From positions 1,504,001 through 1,568,000 of the forward strand of contig OY970280.1 in NCBI GenBank assembly GCA_963715865.1: 64,000 nt of DNA. The letters are read 5' to 3'. This document shows positions 1 through 9,360 of the stretch, one piece after another (within the stretch, counting starts at the first letter, position 1; every line of letters begins with the position of its first letter). The translations under genes and the position numbers were made by a program. Source of the DNA: Candidatus Bathyarchaeota archaeon (lineage in GTDB: Archaea > Thermoproteota > Bathyarchaeia > Bathyarchaeales > Bathycorpusculaceae). The notes beneath the pieces are model-generated. The model ran no database searches, was not told where the DNA came from, and saw nothing but the letters and a program-made list of their open reading frames with translations.

Positions 1-870
1 GTCAGTCGCCATATTGACTTTGCTATTGCCTATTTTTTTGCTTATGATCGGTAGCAGGTTTTGGTCTGTCTCATACCCGATGCTGTTACGTTCGTTTTGC
101 ATGGCTACTTTTGCCGTTGTCCCTGAGCCAAGGAACGGGTCTAGTACGATGTCACTTTTGATGCTGAACATTTTGATAAGGCGGTTGGCAATTTCGTCTG
201 GGTAGGCTGCGGTTCTTCTCTCAAGCTGGCTTGCGGTTTGGCGTGTTCCCTTCAGAGCCCAGATTTGGCTGAACCACTCGTCACGCTGATGCTTTGTGAA
301 GGCGCTGTCGTAACGTTTTGGGTCGTGGGGTTGGAATTTGCGGAGGTTGCCTTTTCTGAAAAGCAGGATGAATTCGCAGTCGAGAGTGACGTAGGCGTTT
401 GGGGGGAGGAAGCCGGAGCCTAGAAAAGCGCCTTTTCCCTTGTATTTTGGTTTTGTCGTGGGTTTCTTCCATAAAATGTAGGGCAGTGTGGTGAAGCCGA
501 TTTTTTCGCAAATCTCCGTTATCCTAGAGTGGTTGGGGTAAAGCTGGAATTTGCCGTTTACTGTTCGTGTTGCGTCTCCGATGTTTATGCATGCTATGCC
601 GCCGTCAGCGAGGACTCGGAAGGTTTCCTGCCAAACCTTAGCCAAATAATCATGCATGGCATCGTAGATTTGCGTCACGGTTTCTTCTTGGCAGTCTGCG
701 TTCAGCTTTTGCCATAGCTCTGCTATTTTTGGGTCTGCTTTGGCGAAAAGAGCGTCCCACATTTTTATCATGGGGTAAGGAGGCGAAGTCACCATTAATT
801 GGACGCTGCCGTCGGCGAGTTCGGGCATTTGTTGGCTGTTGCCAAGTATTATTTTGTGCTGGGTTAGCAT
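1..870 (-). CDS. Beta-class amino (N4-C/N6-A) DNA methyltransferase, 3' end beyond window edge
   Basis: Manual translation from ATG at 870 is open to base 1 (290 codons): MLTQHKIILGNSQQM...VTSPPYP (motif IV)...IVLDPFLGSGTT (motif I). The IV-before-I order is beta class. Absent from the ORF track. Confidence 0.9.
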   Translation of the reverse strand, partial: MLTQHKIILGNSQQMPELADGSVQLMVTSPPYPMIKMWDALFAKADPKIAELWQKLNADCQEETVTQIYDAMHDYLAKVWQETFRVLADGGIACINIGDATRTVNGKFQLYPNHSRITEICEKIGFTTLPYILWKKPTTKPKYKGKGAFLGSGFLPPNAYVTLDCEFILLFRKGNLRKFQPHDPKRYDSAFTKHQRDEWFSQIWALKGTRQTASQLERRTAAYPDEIANRLIKMFSIKSDIVLDPFLGSGTTAKVAMQNERNSIGYETDQNLLPIISKKIGNSKVNMATD

Positions 871-1006
871 GCGTGTTCCTTTATGTATCGTTGAAGCAGC
901 GTTTTTACTTTTGCGGTGTACCGGGAAACGATTAATGAGCTAGAATCAAATAATGGGCAAACCCAAAATAACTCAGCCGAGTTTAATCTAACTAAAGGCG
1001 AAACGA

Positions 1007-2794
1007 ATGACTAACACGGAACAGGAAGTTACCTGGGACCTGACGGAGCTTTTCCCCAGTATCAACGACGCTTCCGTCGAAAAAGCAATTGATGAAACAA
1101 AAGTTTTGGCGGACGTTTTCGAGAAGGCATACCGAGGAAAAATAGCCGTCCTTGACCCAGCCAATCTGCTACGGTGCCTCCGAGAACTGGAGACTTTCGA
1201 AGCTAAGCTGGGCGACATATCGCTTTTTGCAGACCTGTCTTTCTCAGCTAACATGACGCTGCCCCAGACGCAGGCGCTCTACGACAAGGTAAGCAAGCTT
1301 GAGGCACAACTGGGTAAGCAGCTAGCTTTCTTTTCGCTGGAGTTGGGCGCACTCGTGAAAGCCAAGCCCGAACTGATTGCGGAGACAGCATTGGCTGGGT
1401 ACCGGCATATGCTGGAGCGTATGCAACGGCGCGTAGCCCACCAGCTGACGGAAGTGGAGGAGCAGCTCATCATCGAAAAGGATCAGTTCGGCGTCCAAGC
1501 TTGGGAGGAACTACAGAGCAAATGGCTCAACACCTGCATGTTCGACGTTGTTGTCCTGGGCGAAAAAAAGACGCTTAGTTACGGCGAAGCCAACGGGTTA
1601 ATGCCTCACCCCGATAGAGCAACAAGGGAATCCGCGAACCGCGCGATTTACAGCTTGCTTGGCAGAGACGGCGAAATCTTCGCTTCAGCCCTTCGCAGTA
1701 TCTGTAACGACTGGGTCACCGTTTCCCAGCGCAGAAAATACGCATCGCCTATGGAGTCAAGCCTCATAAGCAATGATACCGAACAGGCAATAGTTGACAA
1801 TCTGCTACGGGCAATAGAGGACAACGCGGACACATATCGCCGCTATCTCAAACTCAAAGCTAAACTGATGGGACTGCCGTTGCTTGGTAACCATGACATC
1901 GTTGCACCCTTGCCTCATGCGCCGGAACAAAAGTTTACGTTTGAGAAAGCCAAAAGCCTGATTACGAGGGCGTACAGCCGCTTCTACCCTGAATACGCAA
2001 CTGCAGTCAAAGACATGTTTGCCAGACGACACATCGACGCTTCACCCAGGTTTGGCAAGCGAAACGGAGCCTTCAATGCTGACTGGTACACCGGCAAATC
2101 TGCTTTCATACTTCAAAGCTTCACTGGGTCGCTGAACGACGTTTATACATTGGCGCATGAACTTGGACATTCCACACATGACTATTACGCTTCACGGAAG
2201 CAGCCCCTGATGAACATGACCATCCCAGCCATAGTGGGTGAGACAGGATCTATCTTCGGCGAACTTCTCCTAACAGACCTCCTTCTAAGCGAAACAAAAT
2301 CGGATGAAGAACGAACAGCAGTATTATGTCTAGTTCTGGATGAGGCAGGAATGACGACTTTCCAAGTAACCGCTCGTGTTTGGTTCGAGCAGGCACTTTA
2401 CGCGTCAATTCAGCAAGGCGAATATCTGGATTACAAGACCATCTGCAGGCACTGGACCAAAGCGCGGGACCGCATCTACGGCGACGCAGTCACGTGGTTC
2501 CCTGAAATGGAAGCCGAATGGACCATGAAACCGCACTATTACATGGCGAACTACCGCTTCTACAACTATCCTTATGTTTACGCCCAAATGTTCGTATATG
2601 CCCTGTACGAACGATACCTGCAGGAGGGCAAGGCGTTTGTGCCTAAGCTGGAGAAGGCGTTATCAGCCGGCAGCAGCGTGTCGCCGCTGGAAATCGGCAA
2701 AATCGTCGGCTTAGATGTGGCAGCACCTGACTTCTGGAAAGGCGGCTTAAAGGTGTTTGAACGCTTCTTAGTTGACTTGGAAAAAATCGTCTGA
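1007..2794 (+). CDS. pepF: Oligoendopeptidase F (M3B family)
   Basis: 595 aa; N-terminal WDLTELF, HELGH zincin motif, ETGS, HYY...FYNYPY C-terminal motif. Confidence 0.92.
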   Translation: MTNTEQEVTWDLTELFPSINDASVEKAIDETKVLADVFEKAYRGKIAVLDPANLLRCLRELETFEAKLGDISLFADLSFSANMTLPQTQALYDKVSKLEAQLGKQLAFFSLELGALVKAKPELIAETALAGYRHMLERMQRRVAHQLTEVEEQLIIEKDQFGVQAWEELQSKWLNTCMFDVVVLGEKKTLSYGEANGLMPHPDRATRESANRAIYSLLGRDGEIFASALRSICNDWVTVSQRRKYASPMESSLISNDTEQAIVDNLLRAIEDNADTYRRYLKLKAKLMGLPLLGNHDIVAPLPHAPEQKFTFEKAKSLITRAYSRFYPEYATAVKDMFARRHIDASPRFGKRNGAFNADWYTGKSAFILQSFTGSLNDVYTLAHELGHSTHDYYASRKQPLMNMTIPAIVGETGSIFGELLLTDLLLSETKSDEERTAVLCLVLDEAGMTTFQVTARVWFEQALYASIQQGEYLDYKTICRHWTKARDRIYGDAVTWFPEMEAEWTMKPHYYMANYRFYNYPYVYAQMFVYALYERYLQEGKAFVPKLEKALSAGSSVSPLEIGKIVGLDVAAPDFWKGGLKVFERFLVDLEKIV

Positions 2795-2893
2795 GGCTGA
2801 GTAAAGAATGGCAAATGATTAATAAGAAAGAAAACGGAAAAGTCTGTAGCCTGTAAATGTGTGCAGCGGTAACCAAGCCAGGTCAAAGGTGAA

Positions 2894-2922
2894 AGAGCGC
2901 GCATCGCAGTGCGTTCCACTAA
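2894..2922 (+). other. tRNA intron at non-canonical position 28/29 (29 nt)
   Basis: BHB: central helix GGTG/CACT, bulges AAA and AAG, intron stem GAGCGC/GCGTTC. Confidence 0.85.
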
Positions 2923-2931
2923 GGACTCAAG

Positions 2932-2970
2932 ATCAGATCGTTTGGCCTGTAATGGGCCTCTAGATGGGAT
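2932..2970 (+). other. tRNA intron at canonical position 37/38 (39 nt)
   Basis: BHB: central helix CTCA/TGGG, bulges AGA and ATA; intron hairpin contains GGCC/GGCC. Confidence 0.88.
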
Positions 2971-3184
2971 ATCCTTTCCCGTAGGGGTTCGCAGGTTCGA
3001 ATCCTGCCCGCTGCACCAAACAAAAACTCCAAAGATACGCTCGTTTTAAGCAGTTTTTCGCTATTTAGACGCTGTGAATATTGCTCTAATTCTGCGGTAT
3101 TTTGCAATTTTCACTATCTTCCGTTTCTGTGTTCGCAGAGCCCTCTCAGGTTATCGTCTTCCCACGTACGAGCAGACAATTTTG

Positions 3185-4078
3185 TCAGCTTGTAGAAGTT
3201 ATTTTTCCCAGCAGACCCATAAACCAGTCAGTTGCGTACCCTGCAAGAAAACACACTATTAATGGAACTACTAAGTTTGTCGCTGTTCCACTTTGGGTCG
3301 CAGTTTGAGTGACAGTTTGATTAGTGCCTATTTGAGTAATGGTAGTTGTAGTGATGGTTTGATTAACAGCTTGATTAAGTACAAACTGACCTTGAGATAT
3401 GTTGAGTAGCCCAGCCTGTATCAAGAGAAAAGCTATGAATCCAAAAGCAAAACTTACAGGAAGAATAACTACATACCATAATCTTTTGTAAGCAGTTATC
3501 ATGCAATCATCCTTGTAGTCTTTCACTACCCCTACAAAAATTTGAACAGAAGCCCCAATAACAGCTACCAAAGACGCCCAAACAGGCACAGCCATTATCG
3601 TTGAACCACCAAAGTATTTTATAGCGATAAAAGAGACAATCAGTCCTACGGCAGCAGTCAAAATGGGAACAATACCCCAAATAGATATTAAATAATTCCA
3701 CCGATATCGACGTCTTAACGCGCTGACTAATATACTCAGGTTGTTCTTGACTTTGATCAGACGATCTTGGGCATCAACCAAATCTTGTTTTTCTGAAAAA
3801 CTCTTATTGGCTGATATTAATTCTTCTTCGACCTCATCTGCCTTAAGCCCCTTCACTTTAACCTCGTTAACCTCGTTAACATGTTGTTTGTATGCTACGC
3901 TTAACTGGTTCTCCAGTCTTTTCATTTGCCCTTTTGTCTCAGCTTTTGTCCAAACCAGCCTATCATCAGGAAGCGCAAATTTTTCTTCTGCTGGTTTTTT
4001 GTCTTTCTCCTGAGAAGATGGAGAAATTGACTTTTTTTGAGCTGCCTTTTTTTCTTCGGCTGTCATAAAAACCCACAT
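3185..4078 (-). CDS. Hypothetical membrane protein (N-terminal coiled coil, ~4 TM helices)
   Basis: 297-aa ORF; charged helical N-terminal half followed by hydrophobic segments. Start may be the ATG at 4066. Confidence 0.72.
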   Translation of the reverse strand: MWVFMTAEEKKAAQKKSISPSSQEKDKKPAEEKFALPDDRLVWTKAETKGQMKRLENQLSVAYKQHVNEVNEVKVKGLKADEVEEELISANKSFSEKQDLVDAQDRLIKVKNNLSILVSALRRRYRWNYLISIWGIVPILTAAVGLIVSFIAIKYFGGSTIMAVPVWASLVAVIGASVQIFVGVVKDYKDDCMITAYKRLWYVVILPVSFAFGFIAFLLIQAGLLNISQGQFVLNQAVNQTITTTTITQIGTNQTVTQTATQSGTATNLVVPLIVCFLAGYATDWFMGLLGKITSTS

Positions 4079-4301
4079 TTCTTAGTCTTTAATTCAATTT
4101 ACCTTATAATTTTTGCTACTTGAGCGCTAAGCGCGCTTTCTATTTATGCAATAAGGTAAACGAAAACCTCGAGAAACCTTACTTTTAGGAGAATTCACAT
4201 TCTGCAAAGCCCAGTGCACAAAACGTAAATGCCCTTGACTCTAAGTTTTCGAAAACAAGATTAATTACATAATTGCATATTCTATTAATGAGGCGTGTTA
4301 G

Positions 4302-4511
4302 TTGACAGAAACCATCTCGATTCCCTTGCCTTTACTGAAAGAGCTCTATGAGCATTTTGACCGGATAGAAGAAATTCTAGCCACTCTTGAAGAGCTTTCT
4401 GACAAAAAAGGATTAAAAAGAATCGAAAAAAGCCTTGAAGAATACAAGAAAAAAGAATACATCACCGTATCAAGTCCTGAAAAAATAAGAGAAGCTCTCA
4501 TGTTGGCTTAA
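4302..4511 (+). CDS. Small antitoxin-like protein (RelB-type, archaeal)
   Basis: 69 aa; TISIPLPLLKELYE...LEELSDK..LKRIEKSLEEYKK resembles archaeal type II antitoxins. Confidence 0.5.
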   Translation: MTETISIPLPLLKELYEHFDRIEEILATLEELSDKKGLKRIEKSLEEYKKKEYITVSSPEKIREALMLA

Positions 4512-4531
4512 GAAAATCAATTTACGAATAG
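4499..4531 (+). pseudogene. Possible C-terminal remnant of a RelE/ParE-type toxin
   Basis: An alternative frame reads HVGLRKSIYE-stop, resembling the RelE C-terminal (I/V)GHRxxIY motif. Only 10 codons. Confidence 0.28.
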
Positions 4532-4634
4532 CGGGCCTAAATTGGTTATACCCTGTCCGCTTTACCAAACACTCATCAGAAAAGTTAAGCGCTAGCCGAT
4601 TTTCTTTAGTCAGAGGTGTAGCTGTTATTTTCTG

Positions 4635-5438
4635 TTAGAAGCCTAAGAGCGCCAAAATTATCAGGGCAATTCCAAGGGCAAAGGTGTACAGAGCGAAGTA
4701 ATGGAACTTTTTGCTTAACACAAGCTTTTTCACAAGCACGATGGCTAAGTAGCCTGCAACCATCGCAAGCACCACAGCCACTAGAAGATTTAGTGGACTG
4801 ACGCCGACGCCTTGAGAAACCAAGCTTCCTCGCTCTAGGTAGGCTTCGACGCCTAAATCCCCTATTATGGCGGGAATGGAGAGCAAGAATGAGAACTTGA
4901 ACACCATTTCCCGCTTGACGCCTTGCAACAGACCAGTGGATATTGTTGAACCGCTTCTTGAAAGTCCTGGAAAACTCGCGGCTCCTTGAGTAGCGCCCAT
5001 GACAAGCGCCTTGCGGTATGAAACTTGAGCTTGGTTTTCTTTGCCGAATTTGGAGAAAAACAGTAGTGCGGCGCCGACTAGAAAAGTGATTCCCATAATT
5101 AGGAATGTTTGATAATTGTCCGCCAGAAACTTGTCGTAGAGTATGCCAATTATGCCAGTGGGGATTGAAGCAACCACGATTAAGGGGATAAATCGGCCGT
5201 ACTCTGAATGGAAATCCAGATGCACCAGTGCAGTGAGAATGACTTTGATGTCATGCCTAAAGTAGAATATTACAACCGCAAGCGTGCCAATGTGTAAAAA
5301 CACGTTAAAGAGCGGTGTTGCTTGAAAACCCAAGAAATACTCAGCAATTTTCAGATGAGCAGTGCTAGAGATAGGTAGCCACTCTGCTAAGCCTTGAATC
5401 AAACCGAGGATTATTGTTATGAGTAATTGGTCAATCAA
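4635..5438 (-). CDS. uppP: Undecaprenyl-diphosphate phosphatase (BacA/UppP family)
   Basis: GLIQGLAEWLPISSTAH and PGLSRSGSTI motifs; multiple TM helices. Confidence 0.9.
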   Translation of the reverse strand: MIDQLLITIILGLIQGLAEWLPISSTAHLKIAEYFLGFQATPLFNVFLHIGTLAVVIFYFRHDIKVILTALVHLDFHSEYGRFIPLIVVASIPTGIIGILYDKFLADNYQTFLIMGITFLVGAALLFFSKFGKENQAQVSYRKALVMGATQGAASFPGLSRSGSTISTGLLQGVKREMVFKFSFLLSIPAIIGDLGVEAYLERGSLVSQGVGVSPLNLLVAVVLAMVAGYLAIVLVKKLVLSKKFHYFALYTFALGIALIILALLGF

Positions 5439-5681
5439 ACGCTGGGCACCTGCAAATGTTAATTATGGTTGCTAAGTTAACATATTCTTATTAATAGCTT
5501 TTCCAAAAATGTTACTTTCCGTGCCGAGATTGATGACATACAGGTTTTAGGGTTTTTATTGTTGGGTTGTTACAGTCACATAGCTTTAAAAATCATACAT
5601 CAACTAGAAAACTTGTTTTTCCATGAACTAAGTGGAGGTGGTATTTTGGAATCTAAAAAATCCAAAATTCCTGAGCCGAAA

Positions 5682-5786
5682 ATGACACCTAAAGGCAAAT
5701 TCCGATGCACCGCTGATAATAAAGAATATGATACAAGAAAAGACTATGATGAACATTGCCGGGAAGAACATGCAGGCGGCTGGTAA
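5682..5786 (+). CDS. 34-aa C2H2-like zinc-finger microprotein
   Basis: MTPKGKFRCTADNKEYDTRKDYDEHCREEHAGGW from ATG at 5682; F-x-C-x2-D-x3-Y-x5-Y-x2-H-x4-H pattern. Confidence 0.55.
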   Translation: MTPKGKFRCTADNKEYDTRKDYDEHCREEHAGGW

Positions 5787-5854
5787 AATAAACAATAAGA
5801 AAATGGAATAAAATTGAGCGGAGGGCTTGCCCTTTTTTGCTACTTGCTTTCTTT

Positions 5855-6343
5855 TTATTTTGATTCTTGGAAGAGCTTCTTGATTGCGCTGATTCTTGCT
5901 TTCTGCGCCAGCACATCGCTTGTAACTACTGTTAATGCTTCTTCAGGGCACCATTTGACGCATTGCGGCTCGCCTTTATCTTTGCAAAGGTCGCAAACGT
6001 AAACTACTTTGGTTTCTGGATGCAGCATTATAGCGCCGTAATCGCATGCTTCGATGCACCAGCCACAACCGTTGCATTTGTCTTTGTCAAGAATTATTGT
6101 TCCTGTTTCTTCTGATTGTGTAAGCGCGTCTCGTGGGCAAGCTGCTACGCAGGCTGGGTCTTCGCAGAGTCTGCATGTAACCGCCATGTTGGCTAACTGG
6201 TTAATGCGCACAACGCGGATGCGTGACTTGAGTGGGTTGAAGGCTTTCTCCTTTGTGAATGAGCAAGCGTACTCGCATATTTGGCAGCCGACGCATTTTT
6301 CTGGGTCAGCGGAAACGAATTTTCTTTCGTGAATCTTTACCAT
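5855..6343 (-). CDS. 4Fe-4S dicluster electron-transfer subunit of the oxidoreductase
   Basis: Four Cys clusters (CVGCQIC, CRLC..PAC...CP, CNGCGWC...C, CDLC...C...CP); 4 nt downstream of the AOR gene. Confidence 0.9.
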   Translation of the reverse strand: MVKIHERKFVSADPEKCVGCQICEYACSFTKEKAFNPLKSRIRVVRINQLANMAVTCRLCEDPACVAACPRDALTQSEETGTIILDKDKCNGCGWCIEACDYGAIMLHPETKVVYVCDLCKDKGEPQCVKWCPEEALTVVTSDVLAQKARISAIKKLFQESK

Positions 6344-6347
6344 TTTT

Positions 6348-8204
6348 TTACGCTTCTTTTCCTTCTGTTATGCTTGATAAATCTTCCATGCCGAGCTTGT
6401 TGAGCTGAGATTTTGTAGGTATACCGTCAAGTGTCCATCCGCGTGATTGGTAATAATCATCCAGTAGTAAGTCAAGTTCATCTTGGGTTACCATGGCGCC
6501 TTTTGCTGGACCATCATCAGGGATTGGCTGGTTCATCACTTTCCATGGTAACGTGTCATCTTTGCGGCTTAATCCTTCTCTGAGGTTAATTAGCCGTGCA
6601 AGGGTGTTTATTCGTTCGCCTGCAGCGCTAAGTTCTTCAGGTGTCATCTCGTATCCAGTCACGAGCGTGTAGAGTTTTGCCATGTCAGCTAGTTCCTTGT
6701 ACAGCGTGCCTTTGGCATTCTTGCAGACAATGAGTGAATCAATCAATGCGTAAACATTTTCTGAATCTTTAACCAGTTTACCGCGACCCTTCTCAGCCTT
6801 CAAACGGTCAACTTTACCCGTCATGTCTAATGCATAAGCGCCGCTTCGGTTATGGTCTGCTCCTCGGAAGGAAACAGCAAAGCCTAACGCTGCTGTTTTA
6901 AGGCATCGTAAATCATAGCCTGTGACTTCCAAGCCCTTAATGTTTTGAGCAAGTTTATCGGAGCCTTTGCCGATTTTTTCTGCGGCTACTTTTACGCCGT
7001 CAGCGAGAACATCGCCGATTCCTTCTCGTTTGCCTATTTTCTCTATGAGTTGTATGAGTGCTTCTGCGTTGCCAAAGTGAGCATCAATTCCGCCAAGGTC
7101 CTCGTGTGACAGGATGCCGGTTTCATGGCAGTCCATTACGAAACTTACGGTTACGCCTGTGCTTGTTGCGTCTAATCCGTAATAGTTGCAGAGTTCAGCG
7201 GCTTTTATTATTGCGTCAAGTTTATCTATGCCACAGTTCGGCCCCAACGCCCACAAATTATCATATTCCATTCGTGCCATAGTTCCCTTATAGGGCCCTT
7301 CGCGAACTACAGCTTCGTGTTCGCATCGCATGGCGCATGAGTTACAAGCGATTATTTTTGCAATGTACCGTTCGTTTAATGCTTCTCCGCTTACTTTTTC
7401 AGCGTTCTCAAAATGAGCGTTATTGTAGTTGCGTGTGGGCATGCAGTACAAAGCGTTTTGAATCATGACGTTTTCTGCTGTTCCTAAAGTTCGGTATTTC
7501 TGGGCTGCTGGTCCCTTCATTCTTTCATGGAATTCTTTCACCATTTCCATAAATTCGTCCGGCTTGGCGACGATAATGTCGTGGGTTCCTCGGACAGCGA
7601 TGGCTTTGAGGTTCTTAGAACCCATAACCGCTCCTAAACCTGTTCTTCCAGCAGCACGAGTTTTCTCGTTAATTATGCTGGCTATTTTCGATAATTTTTC
7701 ACCGGCTAAACCGATAGATGCTACACGAACGTAATAATCGCCAACCTCGTCTTTAATCGCATCTTCAGTTTCAGATGGCGATTTGCCCCAAATGCTTGCA
7801 GCATCAAGTAATTGGACTGAATCATCATCAATCCATAAGTAAACAGGCCTTTCCGCTTTCCCAGTTAAAACAACTGCATCATATCCAGCTCTTTTTAATT
7901 CTGCTCCAAAAGTGCCGTGACTTACTGCTTCTCCGACACCGTTGGTGGCTGGTGATTTTGATATGAATGCGTGTCCGTTGCCGCCTGTGGGAAACATTGT
8001 TCCTGAAACTGGACCAAGAGCTAGAACAAGCGGGTTTTCAGGGTCAAATGCGTCGACGCCTGCTTTCGAATTGGCTAGCCAAAGTTTCATGCCTATGCCT
8101 ATGCCGCCAATGTATTTTCTGGCGATTTCTTCGTTTAGTTTTTCTGCACGGGTTTTGCCTGTGGTTAAATCGACGTATAGGATTCTTCCTGCATAACCGA
8201 GCAA
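6348..8204 (-). CDS. aor: Aldehyde:ferredoxin oxidoreductase family protein (W/Mo-pterin)
   Basis: GYAGRILYVDLT start, AAGRTGLGAVMGSKNLKAI, CxxCxxxC, EYDN, GLDAT, YYQSRGW; TTG start after GGAGG. Confidence 0.93.
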   Translation of the reverse strand: MLGYAGRILYVDLTTGKTRAEKLNEEIARKYIGGIGIGMKLWLANSKAGVDAFDPENPLVLALGPVSGTMFPTGGNGHAFISKSPATNGVGEAVSHGTFGAELKRAGYDAVVLTGKAERPVYLWIDDDSVQLLDAASIWGKSPSETEDAIKDEVGDYYVRVASIGLAGEKLSKIASIINEKTRAAGRTGLGAVMGSKNLKAIAVRGTHDIIVAKPDEFMEMVKEFHERMKGPAAQKYRTLGTAENVMIQNALYCMPTRNYNNAHFENAEKVSGEALNERYIAKIIACNSCAMRCEHEAVVREGPYKGTMARMEYDNLWALGPNCGIDKLDAIIKAAELCNYYGLDATSTGVTVSFVMDCHETGILSHEDLGGIDAHFGNAEALIQLIEKIGKREGIGDVLADGVKVAAEKIGKGSDKLAQNIKGLEVTGYDLRCLKTAALGFAVSFRGADHNRSGAYALDMTGKVDRLKAEKGRGKLVKDSENVYALIDSLIVCKNAKGTLYKELADMAKLYTLVTGYEMTPEELSAAGERINTLARLINLREGLSRKDDTLPWKVMNQPIPDDGPAKGAMVTQDELDLLLDDYYQSRGWTLDGIPTKSQLNKLGMEDLSSITEGKEA

Positions 8205-8439
8205 ACCTTTTCCTCCATGTGAATTTAAAGTTATTAGTCAGTTGAAAAGTATATTAACTTAATGGGTTCTAACTTGGAAAATTCATGCGCTTAAATGGCG
8301 CTTTTTGCTTGCCGTCATATATGATGAAGCATAACGGTTTTTTGGCCTGTCGCAGGCTAAAACTACAGTCAAGTAAAGAAAAAAGATATGAGACGCTTCA
8401 ATTAATTTCATACACAAGCGCGATAGTAAGGTTTGAAAA

Positions 8440-8727
8440 ATGAGAATTAAAGTTCATTACATAAGTTTGGTCAAAAGCTTTACAAAAACAAGCCAAGATG
8501 AATTCGACCTAAAAGAAGCTGCCCTGCTATCAGATGCGCTGTACAAAGTCGCCGATAAATATGGAAAACCGTTCACCCAAGAAGTTTACGACCCGAATCA
8601 TAAAGAGATGAAATCAACCTTCGTAGCCATGGTGAACGGCGTCTTAATGGACCAATTAAAAGGCATTAATACACCATTAAAAGATGGCGACAGCATAATC
8701 CTCATGTCTCTCATGACAGGCGGATAA
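8440..8727 (+). CDS. moaD: MoaD/ThiS-family sulfur carrier protein
   Basis: 95 aa, ubiquitin-like size, VNG motif, C-terminal GG. Confidence 0.85.
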   Translation: MRIKVHYISLVKSFTKTSQDEFDLKEAALLSDALYKVADKYGKPFTQEVYDPNHKEMKSTFVAMVNGVLMDQLKGINTPLKDGDSIILMSLMTGG

Positions 8728-8730
8728 AAA

Positions 8731-9360
8731 CTGTCTAAAAATGAAAAACCCAAAACCGTCTACTGGCTAGATAACAAGCTTTACCTAAACATAACCAATC
8801 AATGCTCGAACTGCTGCTTTTTCTGCCTCAAACGCTATAGGCATGGCGTCGGCGGTTTCAACCTTAAACTATCTCAGGAGCCAAACATAGCCCAGATTAC
8901 GAGTGAGCTCGGCGAAGTTTTGAACATGAGAAGTTGGGATGAATTGGTTTTCTGCGGTTTCGGCGAGCCAACGGAGAGGCTTGATGTTTTGTTGGAGGTT
9001 GTGCGGTGGACAAGGCAGCATTACGGTAGACCACTGCAAATCCGCGTGAACACGAACGGGCATGGCTACGTGCTTAATCCAGGCAGGGATGTGGCGGCAG
9101 AGTTGAAGGCGGCTGGCGTTGACAAGGTAAGCGTCAGCTTAAACGCTGGCGATAGTGAAACCTACATGGAGATTTGCAAGCCAACTTTCGCCGGTGCCTA
9201 CGAAGCAGTGATTGATTTCATACAAAAAGCCAAGCCTGTGCTCCAAGTCGAGGTTACGGCGGTAAGAATGCCAGAAGTAGACATAGCGAAGGCGCAGGCT
9301 GTTGTCGACGGGTTAGGTGTTGAGTTTAGGGTTAGAGAGTACATTCCATGCTTCTACTAA
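8731..9360 (+). CDS. Radical SAM protein, TatD-associated type
   Basis: The frame extends 63 codons upstream of the track ORF to CTG at 8731 and adds YLNITNQCSNCCFFC (CxxxCxxC). ELVFCGFGEPT and RVNTNGHG are also present. Confidence 0.87.
   Translation: MSKNEKPKTVYWLDNKLYLNITNQCSNCCFFCLKRYRHGVGGFNLKLSQEPNIAQITSELGEVLNMRSWDELVFCGFGEPTERLDVLLEVVRWTRQHYGRPLQIRVNTNGHGYVLNPGRDVAAELKAAGVDKVSVSLNAGDSETYMEICKPTFAGAYEAVIDFIQKAKPVLQVEVTAVRMPEVDIAKAQAVVDGLGVEFRVREYIPCFY

Larger units (their letters stand above)
2863..3018 (+). tRNA. tRNA-Leu(CAA) with two introns and encoded CCA
   Basis: Acceptor GCAGCGG/CCGCTGC-A-CCA, D arm, long variable arm, GGTTCGAATCC T loop. Removing 2894-2922 and 2932-2970 gives anticodon arm AAGGA-CTCAAGA-TCCTT. 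Confidence 0.93.

Noticed and set aside
3019-4630. Integrated element at tRNA-Leu
   Set aside because: No integrase and no duplicated tRNA-Leu 3' end were found, so it is not called a mobile element.
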